Shown one piece after another: positions 12,300 to 29,729 of a stretch of DNA of 64,000 nucleotides. Below the pieces are notes generated by a model. That model was not told where the DNA came from, made no database searches, and saw only the letters and a program-made list of their open reading frames with translations. How positions within the stretch are numbered: position 1 is the first letter of the stretch; every line of letters starts with the position of its first letter. This DNA comes from the human T2T-CHM13v2.0 reference genome, Homo sapiens, in assembly GCF_009914755.1 (NCBI RefSeq), contig NC_060932.1, one strand, 5' to 3'. A program made the translations under genes and the position numbers.

Positions 12300-12853
12300 C
12301 TCTTAAACGTCTTCAGACTTTGAAATCAGTGATAAAACAGCATTTAATCTTTGAAGATATCAAAGTACATTTTGCATGAAATGGTATCCCATGCCCTAAA
12401 AAGAACCCGCTCTAACTATGGAGTGCTTTTGACCATGGAGTAACATTTGTGACACAGAAGTCAGTGATTGAGTTACCCACAGATGGGAGTGGGAAGGCCT
12501 GGGGACTCTGCATATGACTGATGTAATGGAGTCCAGGAGGTGTTTTAGGGTAAACACCAGGGGCTATGTCACTGGCACTACGGAATCCAGCTCGAAGCTG
12601 CTTAATTATCTGGTTAATCGAGGGATTATCCTGTACCAGCTAGATGGTTTTTTTCCCCCTTCAGAAGGAATGATATATGATCCTAAATATGATACAGAAA
12701 AGGCAAGGGAGTCCACAGGGTTCTCTCGTAGGCATTTTTTAATGGATCCATAAAATTAGATAATAGCTTCAGCCGCACTTTAAAAACTTCAATGAAATAT
12801 ATTCCCTTCAAAAAGTTTTGTTTTGGACAGAATGTGCCTCATTTATTTTCCAC
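12300..12853 (-). pseudogene. Candidate decayed exon of the minus-strand fossil gene
   Basis: Acceptor 'atgctttag|' (12854-12855), non-repeat sequence, 75-codon stop-free minus frame LVQDNPSINQIIKQLRAGFRSASDIAPGVYPK...; 3' boundary uncertain. Confidence 0.35.
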
Positions 12854-13726
12854 CTAAAGCATAGCTACTCCTCTTTGTAGCAGGTAATTTGGCTATGCCA
12901 AAATTATTCCATTTGTCTTTATTTCTTGTGTTTTATCTGGGCTTTTTTCTTTGCAGTGTGCTATCACATGATCATTAATTTAAAAGACGCTTTCATCCTG
13001 TCTTACAATTTTTTTGTCAACAAAACATTCCAAATCCTATTTATTTACTCATAAGAGAACTGAATTTCAAAACATAACTGGATATGATTACAGGATCTAT
13101 GCTGTGAAATTATGAGTCTGAGGTTAGAACTATTCCTCTTTTCCAAGCATGCTCTAGGCTTCAGAATGATAAAATGCTTTTTCTCAAACAGAAAAGGATG
13201 AGCAATTCTGTTAGCAAAACCAGAAATGAATCATGTCACAAGAGAGTTTTATCTCCTAACCTCCATTTTGTCCCACTTATTAAAAAAAAAAAAAAGACAT
13301 TTCTGAAGGAAAAAATGGAAAGCTTTCACTGTAAAGTTACCATATTGCTGTCCTTGGTCCAAAAGGATTCTGCTGGTGTTTACTTGCCAGTGGGCCCAGA
13401 TAAAGCTGAAATGACCTTTGTGAGACCAGCACTTTTCCCTCATTTTCCATCAGGTGTTTTGTAGCACTTGGCAAGAAGTAAGTAAATAGCAGGTGTGTTC
13501 ACCGTTGTTTATTATTTCTGAGAACGAAGTCTTAAGTTTTTCAGTCTTTCTGCTTATCTTAATCTAATTGGTAGAGAGCATGAGAAGCTTTTTGAAACAA
13601 GGTTGTCATAATATAATTTTCTTTATCTGGGACTTTAAAAACAAAGTAAGTAATTCATCAGAATATTCCTTCTTTGTTTAACCCAGAAAATAAAGAAAAA
13701 TATGTATGAGATTTGTGAGTTGATAG

Positions 13727-14585
13727 CTATTTTTTAAGACAATTTGTTGGGGGCAGTTTTAGGCTTATAGCAAAACAGAGGGAAAGGTACAGAGATAAAC
13801 TGTAGACTCCCAGCCCTAGGACCCACATAACCTCTCCTTGCATTGGCATCCCCCACAAGAGTAGTACAATTGTTACAACTGATGAATCTACATTGACCCA
13901 GCATTATCACCTGAAGTCCATAGTTTACATTATGGTTCACCGTTGGTAGTGTTCATTCTATGGATTGTGACATGTATCTGTCATTATAGTATCCTACAGA
14001 GTAGTTTTACTGTCCTAAAAATGTGCTCAGCCTGTTCATCCCTCCCTCCCGCCTTGCCCTGGTAACCACACCGCTGATCTTTTTCCTGTCTCTAGTTTTG
14101 CCTTGTCCAGAATGTCATGTAGTCGGAATTATACAGTACACAGCCTTTACAGATTGGTTGCTTTTACTTAGTAATAGGCATGCAAGTTTCCTCCATCTCT
14201 TTTCATGGCTTGATCACTCATTTCTTTTTAGCACTGAATAATATTCAATTGTCTGGATGTATCACAGTTTACGTATCCATTCACCCACTGAAGGACATTT
14301 TGCCTGCTTCCTCATTTTGGTAATTAGGAATAAAGCTGCTATAAATATCTGTGTGCAGGTTTTGTGTGAACACAACTTTTCAACTCCTTAGGGTAAATAC
14401 CAAGGTGCATAATTGCGGGATCATATGATGAGTATGTTTAGTTTTGTAAGAAGTCTCCAAATTGTCTTCCAAAGGGTCTGAACCATGTTGCATTCTCACC
14501 AGCAAAGAGACTTCTTGGTGCTCCACTTCCTCACCAGCATTTGGTGTTGTCAGTGTTCCCGATTTGGGCCATTCTAATAGGTTGT
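13727..14585 (-). mobile_element. L1MC/L1MD-type 3' fragment
   Basis: 'cattatcacctgaagtccatagtttacatta...gaatgtcatgtagtcggaattatacagta' is characteristic L1M 3' UTR. Confidence 0.85.
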
Positions 14586-14620
14586 GTGTGTTTTAAATGG
14601 GTCTTGGAGAAGTTACTTGA

Positions 14621-14900
<280 letters not shown>

Positions 14901-15611
14901 CTTGAGTTTTAATAGTACATATATGGTGGTGATTCTAATGAGAGACACAAGTCTTGTGGGACTTTAAAACCTATATTTGTCATCTGTCAAATCATGATTC
15001 ACAAATTACACTTAAAATGCTATTTTTCCTCAAGAGAGCTTTTATTTTTGTTAGTTGAGGCAATTTTTTAATATTTCTATCAATTTATTGTAATTTCCCC
15101 TAAGTAACTACTCCAGATGGCACGTTAGAGACTAGAACACAGGGTATTAAATGTTTTAGGATCTACTGCCATCTCTAATAATACTTTCTTCAAGATAACG
15201 TGGCCAACCTTTTTCTTCTTCATACCATCTAATTAACCAACATGAGAGCTGCCAGTCAGAAAATTCCCATTGTCTCTTCCGAATTAGGAATCTTTTTATA
15301 CAGACTTTGGCACATGCAAAGCTTGGGCAGACACACAGCTCACACTAGTGAGTCATTTGGCCTTGTTGGTAAATAAAATATAGATATACTTCTAATCAGT
15401 TTCATTTAAAATTAAACACAAATTATGTTCCAAGCACATTGAAAACACTGTTTTGGCAGGGCAGCTTCCCAGGCTGAATCACTGATGTTTTATGATACAG
15501 TTCCAGGTGGTGCACTTTCCTCTCCTGTTTTGCCTTGTGATTTGTTTTCTTCCTTTAATCCAAGTCTTTAAAATTCACTTGAGCTCAAGGCTCTTTTAAA
15601 AATGTAAGTCT

Positions 15612-15940
15612 AGACCGGGCGCAGTGGCTCACACCTGTAATCCCCATAATTCAGGAGGCCGAGGCCGGTGGATTGCTTGAGTCCAGGAGTTTGAGACCAG
15701 CCTGGCCACGTGGTGAAACCCCATCTCTATAAAAAATTTTTTTTAAATAAGCTGGGTATGGTGGCATGTGCTGGCAGTCCCAGATACTCAGGAGGCTAGG
15801 GTGGGAGGATCGTTTGAGCCTGGGAGGCGGAGGTTGTAATGAGCCAGACTCTACCACTTCACTCCAGCCTGGGAGACAGAATAAGACCCTCCCCAAAAAA
15901 TAAATAAATAAAATAAAAATAAATGCATAAACAAAAAAGA
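15612..15940 (+). mobile_element. Alu (AluJ-like)
   Basis: Sense Alu with A-rich tail; TSD aaaatgtaagtct/aaaacctaagtct. Confidence 0.95.
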
Positions 15941-17522
15941 ATAAAAACCTAAGTCTCTACTCAGATGTGGTATATAGGCTTTTCCCTGTTGTCATCTTCT
16001 GGGACACATGGGAATGAGAAATGGCTGATATCGCTGTCCTACCATGGCCAGAGTAGCAGAAAGTCTTAGATTAGCACATGCAAAACTTCCCTAATACTTT
16101 CTCTTGTTTTCATGAAATTCAAGGCTCTTAACATCAGGTCCTTAAAAATGGAAAAGAGGTGAATTCACTGGGTATGATCAATAAAGAAGTAAATGGAAGT
16201 CACTGGCCCTCCCTGGTCTCCTATCCTTGGCCACTAGTGGCATTCTCACAGTTGGCTGAGAGATCCAGGGACAGATGGGATGTTAATAACCATTCCTGGA
16301 ACATGACTTGGCTGTGTTCAGGCCCTGTTTTCAGTTTCTTGGCTGTTTATTTTGGTGGAAGTCATTGGGTCTGAGTTGCACCTAAAAGTGTCGTGGGAAC
16401 AAGTCAGGTACGAACAGCTTTAGTCTTCATAGACTGTGAGACCTTTCTTAGATGTACCTTTCCCCCACTCTCTGGGGGATGAAGCAAAACTTAAATCTTT
16501 ATTGTGGTTTAAACAGCCCAACCTAAGAAAATCTAATAATACTTTTGGATTTAAAAAATTTAATTTAGATAAAAATTGTAAGAGAACGAAGAAATAAGCT
16601 AAGAGCAAAGGGGTCTCTCCAAACACCCCCTCTCTCCCTGCCTGCTCTCGAAGATAGTGCAGTTGGCATAGAAATCGCTGAGAGGAGACCACGCAGCCTT
16701 TTGGGTTTGGGGTAAAGAGGGACCCTGATCTCGTGCTGGATTTGGGGTGTGATCTGGCAACATCTGCTGGCCGCCAGGTTGATGTTCCTTGATCGACGGC
16801 TTCCTACCCTGCTGTTTTGGGCTCATGAAAGCATGAGCCATTTTTCTGGGCAACGCTCTGGGCTGCGCCAGCCACCTCCACAAGCTGACCAGGAGTCTCC
16901 TCCTGTCTCACTGCCTGTTGACTCCTGAACTTGCCTTCTCTTCCATGTGGTCACCTGGCCAGATGATGTATCCTCAGCCTTTGCTGTGGATCACTTTGCC
17001 TTATCTGAGCAGCCCTGCAGGCCCTGGACTCGGTGTCCTTACCTTGTAGAAAGGAAGAGGAGCTGAGGAGCTCAACTCCAGGCACTTCTCTGCCTGACCA
17101 TGATGGACGATGTTCTGTTTGGTATGGGGCTGCTTGGGAGGTATCCTCCTTCCTGGGACCTCAATAAGCAACAAGACAAGAGTGCATGAACTCAGCATGT
17201 ACAATACACTTTGCAGGGAAGAATTGGGCTTGGCTCTCCTTCCATCTAATTCTCCCTTCTCACCCTCTATTCCTTTACATTTTTGTTTCAGGACTGGAAA
17301 AGGGCAAGTTGCTTTCCTCTTCTTTCTGCTGTTCGTGCCTTACATAAAACTCTACAGTTTAACCTACAATGCTAACGAAAAAAAAAAAAATGAATTCAGC
17401 TAATCTTTTTTGAGGGCAGAAGCCTCGCCCAATAGGCTTTTGTTTTGCTCCATTTAAAAGTACACTTCTTATGTTTTTAAACTTCTAAATGTTTTGCCTT
17501 TTTCAACTAAACCATAGGGGTT

Positions 17523-18316
<794 letters not shown>

Positions 18317-19753
18317 CAAATCATAGTTTCAATGACAGAAATTGAATATTAGCTGTTGCACTGTTGTTTGTTAATTTTGTTTTGCGTTCCTTTTATAGAA
18401 ATCATCCCCCTTTCTCAGGCTGATGTGTGCCTTGAATGTACTAGAATCAAGGCCATGTACTTGGAAAGCGGGAAGTAAAAAAGAAAAAAAGCACATACAA
18501 AATGGTCAAATTATGTTCCCCATTATATTGATGTTGTCCCAAATCCTCACAGAAATTTAGCAAAATGCGTATAAATTTTGACAGTATTCTACAGATAAGT
18601 TAACGAAGCTTCACTTCAACAGATTTCGAACTATATCTGACTGCCTCCAAAACCCACCTTCTTTCCTGCATACAATGCTGCCTCTGGTGAAAAGCTGAAA
18701 GTTGAGATGGGGATCAAGGGCTGAGAGTGGAGGCCAGAAAGGCACCATGTCAATGGCATCCTCCACACCATTTAAATTGCCTACAGATTCTTGAAAGTCA
18801 GAGAAAAGAGGAGAGACAAATGCAGCGTGCCATCATCATCGTGCCAGGGTGACCCAAATCATTCAAGAAAATACTGGGCAGAGAACTGCTCAATACAGGA
18901 GCCATTCAGTGATAAGAGAAGATATGGCACATCTGAAGGCTTGTTTAAGAACAAAAACAAAATCGGCAGAAGACTTTGCTAAAACGGAGGAGGCTTTGAG
19001 GCACATTCTATGAATTCTTGATATTATCTGGGATGCTGATAAATCATTCCACAATCTTGGGAAGGGAGGAAGAGCAGGTTCTGTCTTTTTGGCTTCAGAA
19101 TCCCATGCTGTCTACCAAGCCTCCAATACTTCAACAAATGTCATAGGATTGGAGCTCAGAGAATTGAAAGCTTCATGGGTTATCATATTGATAACTCAGT
19201 AAGTCAAGCCTGCTGCATTGAAACTTGTAAATACCTTGACGTGTTTTCAGTTGCAGTATTCCCTCCATGTAAATTTCACTTTCCCTGTTATTTTCATCTG
19301 ATTTTATAACGGTGACAAATAGACAAGCCTTCTGGAAGATGAATGAACTCTCACTCTTGGGCATTGGGAGGAGGAAGTGCATGCATGGATAATGTCCCGA
19401 ATGGTGTTAGAACTTCAGGAGAGTGGGAAGAATGTCTCCAGAGACAGGTGGCCTGATGTGGGAGTGCTGGAGCCCAGGATGGGGGAGAAGGCATCTGTGC
19501 AGGAGGTTAGCCACCTGGGGAGTCAGAGCTCTAAGAAACTCCAGGGGAGTCCATGGAGGGAGGCAGAGATGGCAGCCACATCCTGGAGTATGGGAGCCCA
19601 AGTGTGACGAGGAACGACACATTCTTATGGGGGAGTGGGTGGTGGCAGGAATCACAGTGTTGACACACTAGGGAATTGATAAAACAAGTAAATAGACTGA
19701 GGGTAACAGGAGACAGATTTCTTACTGTTAGGGAGGGGGAGAAAAGTAAATGA

Positions 19754-20088
<335 letters not shown>

Positions 20089-20214
20089 CGTGGATTTTTA
20101 ATATACACAGAGGTAGATAAAGACATATAAATAGATCTACATATATTCCTGGCTCTGACCACTGCCAGGGTCTGGGTGAAGTGATGCTCCAAAAATAGTG
20201 AACAAGACTCCTAG

Positions 20215-20840
20215 TGAAGCGGCCTCATTGTCTGGGGTGATGCCCAGAGTTCTTGGTCTTACAGCCAAGGAAATCAAGGACAGGGACAGGCCAAGGGTGA
20301 GGCTTAGAGCAGAAATTTAATAGGAGAAATAAAGAGAGCAGCCCTCCACTACAGAGAGGGGTCCCGGAAAAAGGGCTGCCGTGCTGAAGTGAAATGCAGG
20401 GGTGTTTATAGATGACTTGGTGGGGAGGTGGTATCTGATCTAAATAGGGCACAGAAACCTGTTAGAACCAGGTGTGCCATCTGCATAGGGCATGAATCTC
20501 TGACAGCCTTCATCCTAACCTTTTATTATGCAGGCGGGTACTCAGCCTGAGCTACTCCATGTTGCCTGTTTCTTTCTTACTGTGCACGTGCTAAAAAAAG
20601 GAGAAGCCCCCATGGTGGACGTGCCTGGCCCCAGGTAGCCCTTTCTATCTGTGCAGCTGCTGGCATCCTCCCAGTGCAAGTTTCCAGCTTCCTTATTTAT
20701 GTTTGCAGCCTGATCTTCCAGGCTGCTCTTTGTCAGAAAATAAGTGATTTCTTAGGCTGCCTTTTGTTAAAAGGAAGTTCTGCCAAAGACTCTTTCCCCT
20801 CACTATCTGCCTAAATAGCTTCCTTCCCCCTTCTGTATCA
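20215..20840 (-). mobile_element. ERV1 solo LTR (LTR9/MER61-like)
   Basis: TG...CA termini with perfect 4-bp TSD CTAG (20211-20214 / 20841-20844). Confidence 0.85.
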
Positions 20841-20985
20841 CTAGCACCCAGATCTGGTCATCTCAATACCATTGTCCACCAAAAAAGAACGAGTTTCCTG
20901 ATAAAACTGGTTTATTTCAGGGTTTGGATAGAGAAAGTGTAAGATGAGACAGAAAGTTCTTGTGTCAGAAACTAAAAAGTGCTCA

Positions 20986-22620
<1,635 letters not shown>

Positions 22621-22867
22621 AATATTTAATAATGTATTAAATAAATATGCAAATCAATTAAAATGAAAGATATTTAACGTAAACTCTGTACACAGACACT
22701 GGCATGCTTATGTCTATAGGTATCACAGATGATAAGACAAAGGTGTCCAACCACAGGAGACTCATTTGAAGCAGAAAAATGTAGCTAGTATGAAGCTCTT
22801 GGTCAAGTGGCTCTGAATTATTACCACTATTATTATCCTTATTACTTTTAAATTAAAGTACCTATAA

Positions 22868-23944
22868 ATGCCTCCAAGCTAAGAGTTTTATAGATGCATT
22901 AGAAATATGCAATTGGTAATTAATGTGAGACTCACACTATGTATATGATGGTTTATAAGTCATATAAATATATATGCTATATATATTTATGGAATAAATA
23001 TAAATATATTTATTCTATATAAATATATGGAAAAGCAATGAATATATGGAAAAGTCATAAGAATAGTTCAAAGAACTTCCACATACCTCGAAACTTCACC
23101 TAGATTCAACATTCATTAACATTTTCTGTTTGATTTTTCACCCTATCCCTCTCTGTATACCTTTTTTCTGAAACTATTTGATATTAAGTTGCAGACATCA
23201 TGCCCCTTTCCATTTAAATACTTCTACCGCTGTCTCCTAAGAATAAGAATATTCTTTTCTACGACCACAGTACAAGGATCAAATTCAGGAAATGCAACAT
23301 TGATATAATACTTTATCTGATATATAGTCCATATTTAAATTTTCTCAATTATCACAATAATTTTTATAGCAATTTTTTCACACTTCAGGATCCAATCCAG
23401 GGTCGTACCTCACATTTCCTTGCCATGTCTCCTTAACCTGGTACTGCAACTGTTCCTCAGACTTTCTTTGTCTTTCGTGATATTGACAGTTGTTTTACAA
23501 AATGTCCTTCCACTTGAGGATCATGTTTTCCCTAATTATTTTCTTTCATCTTTTCCCCTTTTATTGCCAGTTTTCCTTTATGTTATAGACACCTCTTCTT
23601 TTTCTACCTTCTTGAGTTCAACTAAATTCCAGAAACAGACACCTGTTTTGATGGATGGATTGTTTATAAGTTTCTTCTAAATATTTTTTTGTTTTTATTT
23701 ACTTTGATGGATGCCCTATGGATCAATAGCTAAATAATTTCAATAATGTGGAATTATATAAAGATAACAAGTCAACTTATTGAGAAGAACGAATTCACAG
23801 TTTGAAATTAACTATTATTGACAAATCTATGCATCAAAACACAAATCACAGACATATAAACCGTCATATACATAGTGTGAGTCTCACATTAATTACCAAT
23901 TGCATCTTTCTAAAGCATCTATAAAACTCTTAGCTTGGAGGCAT
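22868..23944. repeat. Long inverted repeat, 94-bp arms (22868-22961 / 23851-23944)
   Basis: Arms are reverse complements with 4 mismatches in 94 nt; spacer ~890 bp. Confidence 0.95.
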
Positions 23945-24399
23945 GGGGGTGTTGTCTCTGTTCTAAGTGGGTCTTCTTTCACTGCGTTGGTTCAAAGTTG
24001 AGCTTTCTCACTGATTCCTTCCCTAATAATAGAGCACTGTGGTGTTATAATGAGACTTGTGAGTACATGAAGTGAGAAAGTAGAGAACTAATTGTGAGAG
24101 AAAGATGTAACAACCTGAAAGCAAGGGGTTATTAAGAGCACTTAGTGTCAGGGAAGGTGGGGTGAGATGGCAGAGAAACATGGGCTATGCTAAACATAGA
24201 AAGAAATCTAAATGAAACACATAGGAACATAAAGTGCTTATTATGTAACAAAACATTCACCTCATGGAACAATAATCTAACCTCAAAATTTTCGGTTACA
24301 TTATTTTTGTCCCTGCCCATATGGGTAACTGTTAGCTTATAAACTGTGAACATGGTAATGTATGATTTTTCTTTTCCTTCCTTCCTTCCTTCTTTCCCT

Positions 24400-24404
<5 letters not shown>

Positions 24405-24430
<26 letters not shown>

Positions 24431-24715
24431 TTTGAGGCAGAGTCTCGATCTGTCACCCAGGCTGGAGTTCAGTGGCATGATCTGGGCTCACTGCAACCTC
24501 TGCCTCCCAAATTCAAGTATTCTCTTGCTTCAGCCTCCCAGGTAGCTGAGACTACAGGCATACACCACCACGCCCGGCTAACTTTTGTATTTTTAGTAGA
24601 GATGGGGTTTCCTCATGTTGGCCAGGCTGGTCTCGAACTCCTGACCTCAGGTGATACACCCGCCTTGGCCTCCCAAAATGTTAGGATTACAGGCGTAAGC
24701 CATCGCGCCCAGCCG
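24405..24715 (-). mobile_element. Alu (AluS-like)
   Basis: Long poly-T followed by an antisense Alu dimer. Confidence 0.95.
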
Positions 24716-25813
24716 GTAGTTTAATAATGTTAGAAATATGTGTCCAGTTGGAAGACTGTTGCCCAACTCATATGCATATTTTTGCACTATTTTAATAAAT
24801 CATGTTATGTAAAAGCTAAGCAATATTAATACACTTAACCTTCTACCAAACCAAACCAAAAAAAAGAAATTTTGTGCTTAGACAAGCATTTAGTGAATTA
24901 ACATTACTTCTAAATTTTTAAAAGTACTGGCCTAAGAAAATGATGTTTTGTTTTAATATGTTTCAGATGCAAAATATTAATTGACACTAGCTAGGCCTGC
25001 TTCACTTTTGTTGCTGGGCACGTGCTGCCCCCTGGTGTTCTCTGAGTGCCTTCCTCTTTCAGGCAAATGAGTTTGGTATTTCCTGCTGCCTGTTGGACAT
25101 TGCATTGGAAAGTATCTCAGAACTGCAACCTCTTTAAGTCTGACTGTAGACTCCCTATCTTCTCATCCCTAACTTTTCTATTCCTGCTACTATTGCAAGC
25201 ACTTGGCACAACACCTGACATACACAGTCTCTGACTTATCAATAACAATCAGTTGGTTGAATGAAGAATGCTTGCTACCCAAACAAGAAGGCCTGAAGTC
25301 ATTTTTAATATTCTTTACACCTCACCAAATAGCCACAGTTCTTTACTTCCTCATTATGGATCTTTATCTCGTCCTGTCTTGACTAGTTTTCATTTAAGTG
25401 TATTTCCTCCCAGCTGAAATCTTTCCTCTGCACCCTTTCAGTATCTTCCCTTTCTTGAATGCCTATAGCCCTTGCTTTCTGTCCCAGAGATAAATAGGGT
25501 GGTCAAGTGGATAAGGCTTTAGAGTCAGTATATATGGGTCTGGATTCCAGCTTTGTCATTTACCAACTAGATGAATTTGGTACACTAATTTTTTTAAGAG
25601 GGGAGAGGAGACAGGAGAGTATAACACCCACCTCCCATGTTTAACCCTTCATGCACATACTCAGAAAGCTCCCCAAATACTGTGGGACATGTTGGCCTTT
25701 GCATGTCATGAGGAATAGAGGCTCATGATATTTTATGTCAATATTAAAGGAAACAGACCTACAGCAAGCTGAAGGACTTGGACACACCTGGGTTACATTA
25801 GAAAAGCGCTTCA

Positions 25814-26141
<328 letters not shown>

Positions 26142-26967
26142 CTAGGACAAAGTAAGCACTGAAGAGTCATCAAAATAATAACCAGGTCACTATCAAGCTA
26201 TTACCACTGCCAGTTAGTCAAGAGTGGATCACGTATGTAGATGTTCTGTGATATCTCTTAAAGTGTTGAAATAGATTTCTGATTCTCTCTAGTGCATGCT
26301 ACTGGTATTTTACCTTCACATGTATTTCTGTCTAATACAGAGTAAACTCTGTGAGATCAGGGGCCACAGCTAGTTCTTCTGTATATGTCTCAAAGCTCCT
26401 AGTATGGTATCTTATACATCGTAAACTCTTAAAACAGTTTTTGATTGAGCTGTGCTGCTATGTGGTGCTGACTCTTCATTTATTCTTTTAGTTGATGAAC
26501 AGGGATAACTGGATGATTTAGCCTTTAGACATTCTCCAGCTCTCAACCTCCTCCTCTCACCAAACTTTTAAAGGGGTGTTTCCCTCTTTAAAGAGAAACA
26601 GATGATTTTAGATTAAATTCCTTGTCATTCTTTAAAATGCAGACTGTGCCTGGGATTTTAAATGATCTCTCTTATGACTGCCTCCCTGAAGACACAGTAG
26701 GCCCAAAGTGAAAACTTTAGTCCAACAGGGCTCTAGGTTGGAGCCCATCCAATGAAGACTGAGCAAAAGGACCTCATCCTACAAGTGGCTCAAGGCAGGG
26801 CAGCGATCCTGTAACCTGGGCTCCAGGCTGTCCTGCTAGTGTTAGGCCTTTTGCACTTATTTCTGTGGATGTGGCTGAAATGGCCTCTATTCAATGACTT
26901 CTTTTTTGAAATCTGTGCTCAGTGAGAAGATGATTCTTTTAAAAACTAATAATAATTTTTTAAAGAA

Positions 26968-27066
26968 TTTTTTTGAGATGGGGTTTTCACTATGTTGCCG
27001 AGACTGATCTCCAATTCCTGGACTCAAGAGAGTCTCCTGCCTCAGCCTCCCTAGTAGTTAGGATTA
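26968..27066 (-). mobile_element. Alu monomer (FLAM-like) fragment
   Basis: 'tttgagatgggg...ctcctgcctcagcctccc'. Confidence 0.75.
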
Positions 27067-27900
27067 GAAAATGGTTCTTTGATTTACAGATGGAATCATC
27101 ACGTGTGACACTGCTTATTTATTTGCCAGCCCTCTCCAAACTTTTGTTGCCAAAGAATGATCACTCGGGGGCCAGAAGCTAGGGAAGGGATGGAGCAAGA
27201 AGGTCAGGGTATCTTACCTCTCACCTCTGGAATATCCAAGGGTCACTATTCAACAAAACCTTTCAAGCTACATTTATTTTCTTATAATTGAACAAAAAAT
27301 TTCATTAAAAAGAGTAATGCTATAAATAAGACTGTGGGAGAACAATTTACCTTATTCAAGTACAGAGAAATATAAGAAAAAATAAAAGAAAAAAACAAGG
27401 TTTGTTTTTTGTTACATACATACACGATAAAAGTAAAAAAGAAAAATACATGGAAATGATACGCTCCAACATCAGTAGCATGGTTACCTCTGGGAGGGAT
27501 GGAATGGAAAAACATGGATTGTTCTCTGACTCTATTTGTCATGTTTTATTTCTCAAAAACAAAATGAATCTGGATAAAACATGAGGCCTTGTTTCCATAA
27601 CGTTAGTGAAACCAAGAGGGCCTGTTGAGAAGGACAGGTGTCTATGCCCAATTGTATTCGATCATGGGCCAAGTTGTTGTGAGAATTGCCTATGGCATTG
27701 TTTTGGCTTATAAATTTATAAAAATTATGTTTGTACATATCCATTAGCAATTTGTCTTTTCTCCTTCCTATCTTACCTTGAGGTGTATCATGTTGATACT
27801 TGATTTGTAATTTGTTCAAGTGAATCTTGCATGACACTCCACCTTAAGAATTATGTCTGTTTCTGTTTTATTATTATTATGACAAATAGTGCTGTGATGA

Positions 27901-28439
<539 letters not shown>

Positions 28440-28999
28440 CTCTAGAGTATACACTCAGGAGTGAAATTACTGAAATTCCCAGTGTGTAATCTTCAGTTTA
28501 TCAGATACTGCCAAGCTATCCCCCAAAGTGGTACCAGTTCAAACTTCTAACGAGTACTAAGGGTTCCTATTCCTAAACATCATTGGCATGACATGTGAAC
28601 CTACGCGTTACTTTTGGTGACTCTAATTTCCTTACTTACTAGTTTAATTGCTGATTTCTAGTGAAGTTGAATATTTCACGTTTACTAACTATTTGGGTTT
28701 CCTTCTCTGAATTTCTACTCATATATTTCGTCCGTGTTTATGTTGTTATTTGACTTTTTCTTACTTATTAGTAGGACTTTAAAAAAACTGCTGAATAGAA
28801 ACATAAATACATATTTTTGTTTAAAAACATATGTGTTGAGAATGTACATGGTCCTGAAACAATTGTAGGGGGCCAGGAATAGAGCAGTAAACCAAACAGA
28901 CAAATATCTCTACCCTCATGGAGTTCATGTTCTGGTAGGGAGAAAGAAACAATAAATAAAAAAGTAAACTGTATAGCATAGGAAAAAAATAATGCAAGA

Positions 29000-29350
29000 G
29001 GCTGGGTGTGGTGGCTCATGCCTGTAATCCCAGCACTTTGGGAGGCCAAACCGGGCAGATCACAAGGTCAAGAGATCGAGACCATCCAGGCCAACATGGT
29101 GAAACTCCCTCTCTACTAAAAATACAAAAATTAGCTGGGCATGGTGACACAAGTCTGTAGTCCCAGCTACTCAGGAGGCTGAGGCAGGAGAATCACTTGA
29201 ACTCCGGGAGGTGGAGGTTGCAGTGAACTGAGATCACACCACTGCACTTCAGCCTGGCGACAGGGCGAGACTTCGTCTCAAAATAAAAAAATAAATAAAT
29301 AAATAAATAAATAAATAAACAAACCCAATAATAATAATAATAATAATAAT
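29000..29350 (+). mobile_element. Alu (AluS-like) with (AAAT)n/(AAT)n tail, inside an L2 fragment
   Basis: TSD aataatgcaag; L2-like flanks at 28790-29465. Confidence 0.95.
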
Positions 29351-29609
29351 AATGCAAGGAAGGGAGCTAGGAAATAGCAAAGTGAGAAGGTTACAGTTTT
29401 AAACAGGGTGGTCAGTTAAGACTTCACTGAGAAGATGGCATTTTAACAAAGCTAAGTAAGGTGATTTACAACCTCTATAATCTATTGTTAGTCATTAGAT
29501 TGCACAAAGCTTCTCCAAGTTCATGCTTTGACTTTTCACTTTTGAACATCTTTTGTCACCAGAAGTTTAAATTTAAATCTTTTCTTTTATGCTTGGGCTT
29601 TTGAGGTCC

Positions 29610-29718
29610 TTTTTCTTTTTTTCTTTAAACAGGCTTAATTCGCCTTATTTTTTTGGTATGAAAACCCTGTGTGGTAGCCACAGCTGGAGCCTGGGTCCTC
29701 TGCACAGAAACTCTGGTG
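29610..29718 (-). pseudogene. RPS2: Very short 5'-truncated processed RPS2 pseudogene
   Basis: Minus strand encodes TRVSVQRTQAPAVATT (RPS2 C-terminus), then a short 3' UTR and A-tail; TSD ttgaggtcct/ttgaggtctt. Confidence 0.85.
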
Positions 29719-29729
29719 ATATTGAGGTC

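Noticed and set aside
12740-12853. 'VQN...FYGS' suggestive of a PARP/TASOR-like fold
   Set aside because: Requires a frameshift and rests on a few residues; not supportable.
17095-17135. MDDVLFGMGL resembles B3GNT 'IDDVFLGMCL'
   Set aside because: No other glycosyltransferase motifs in the flanking translation.
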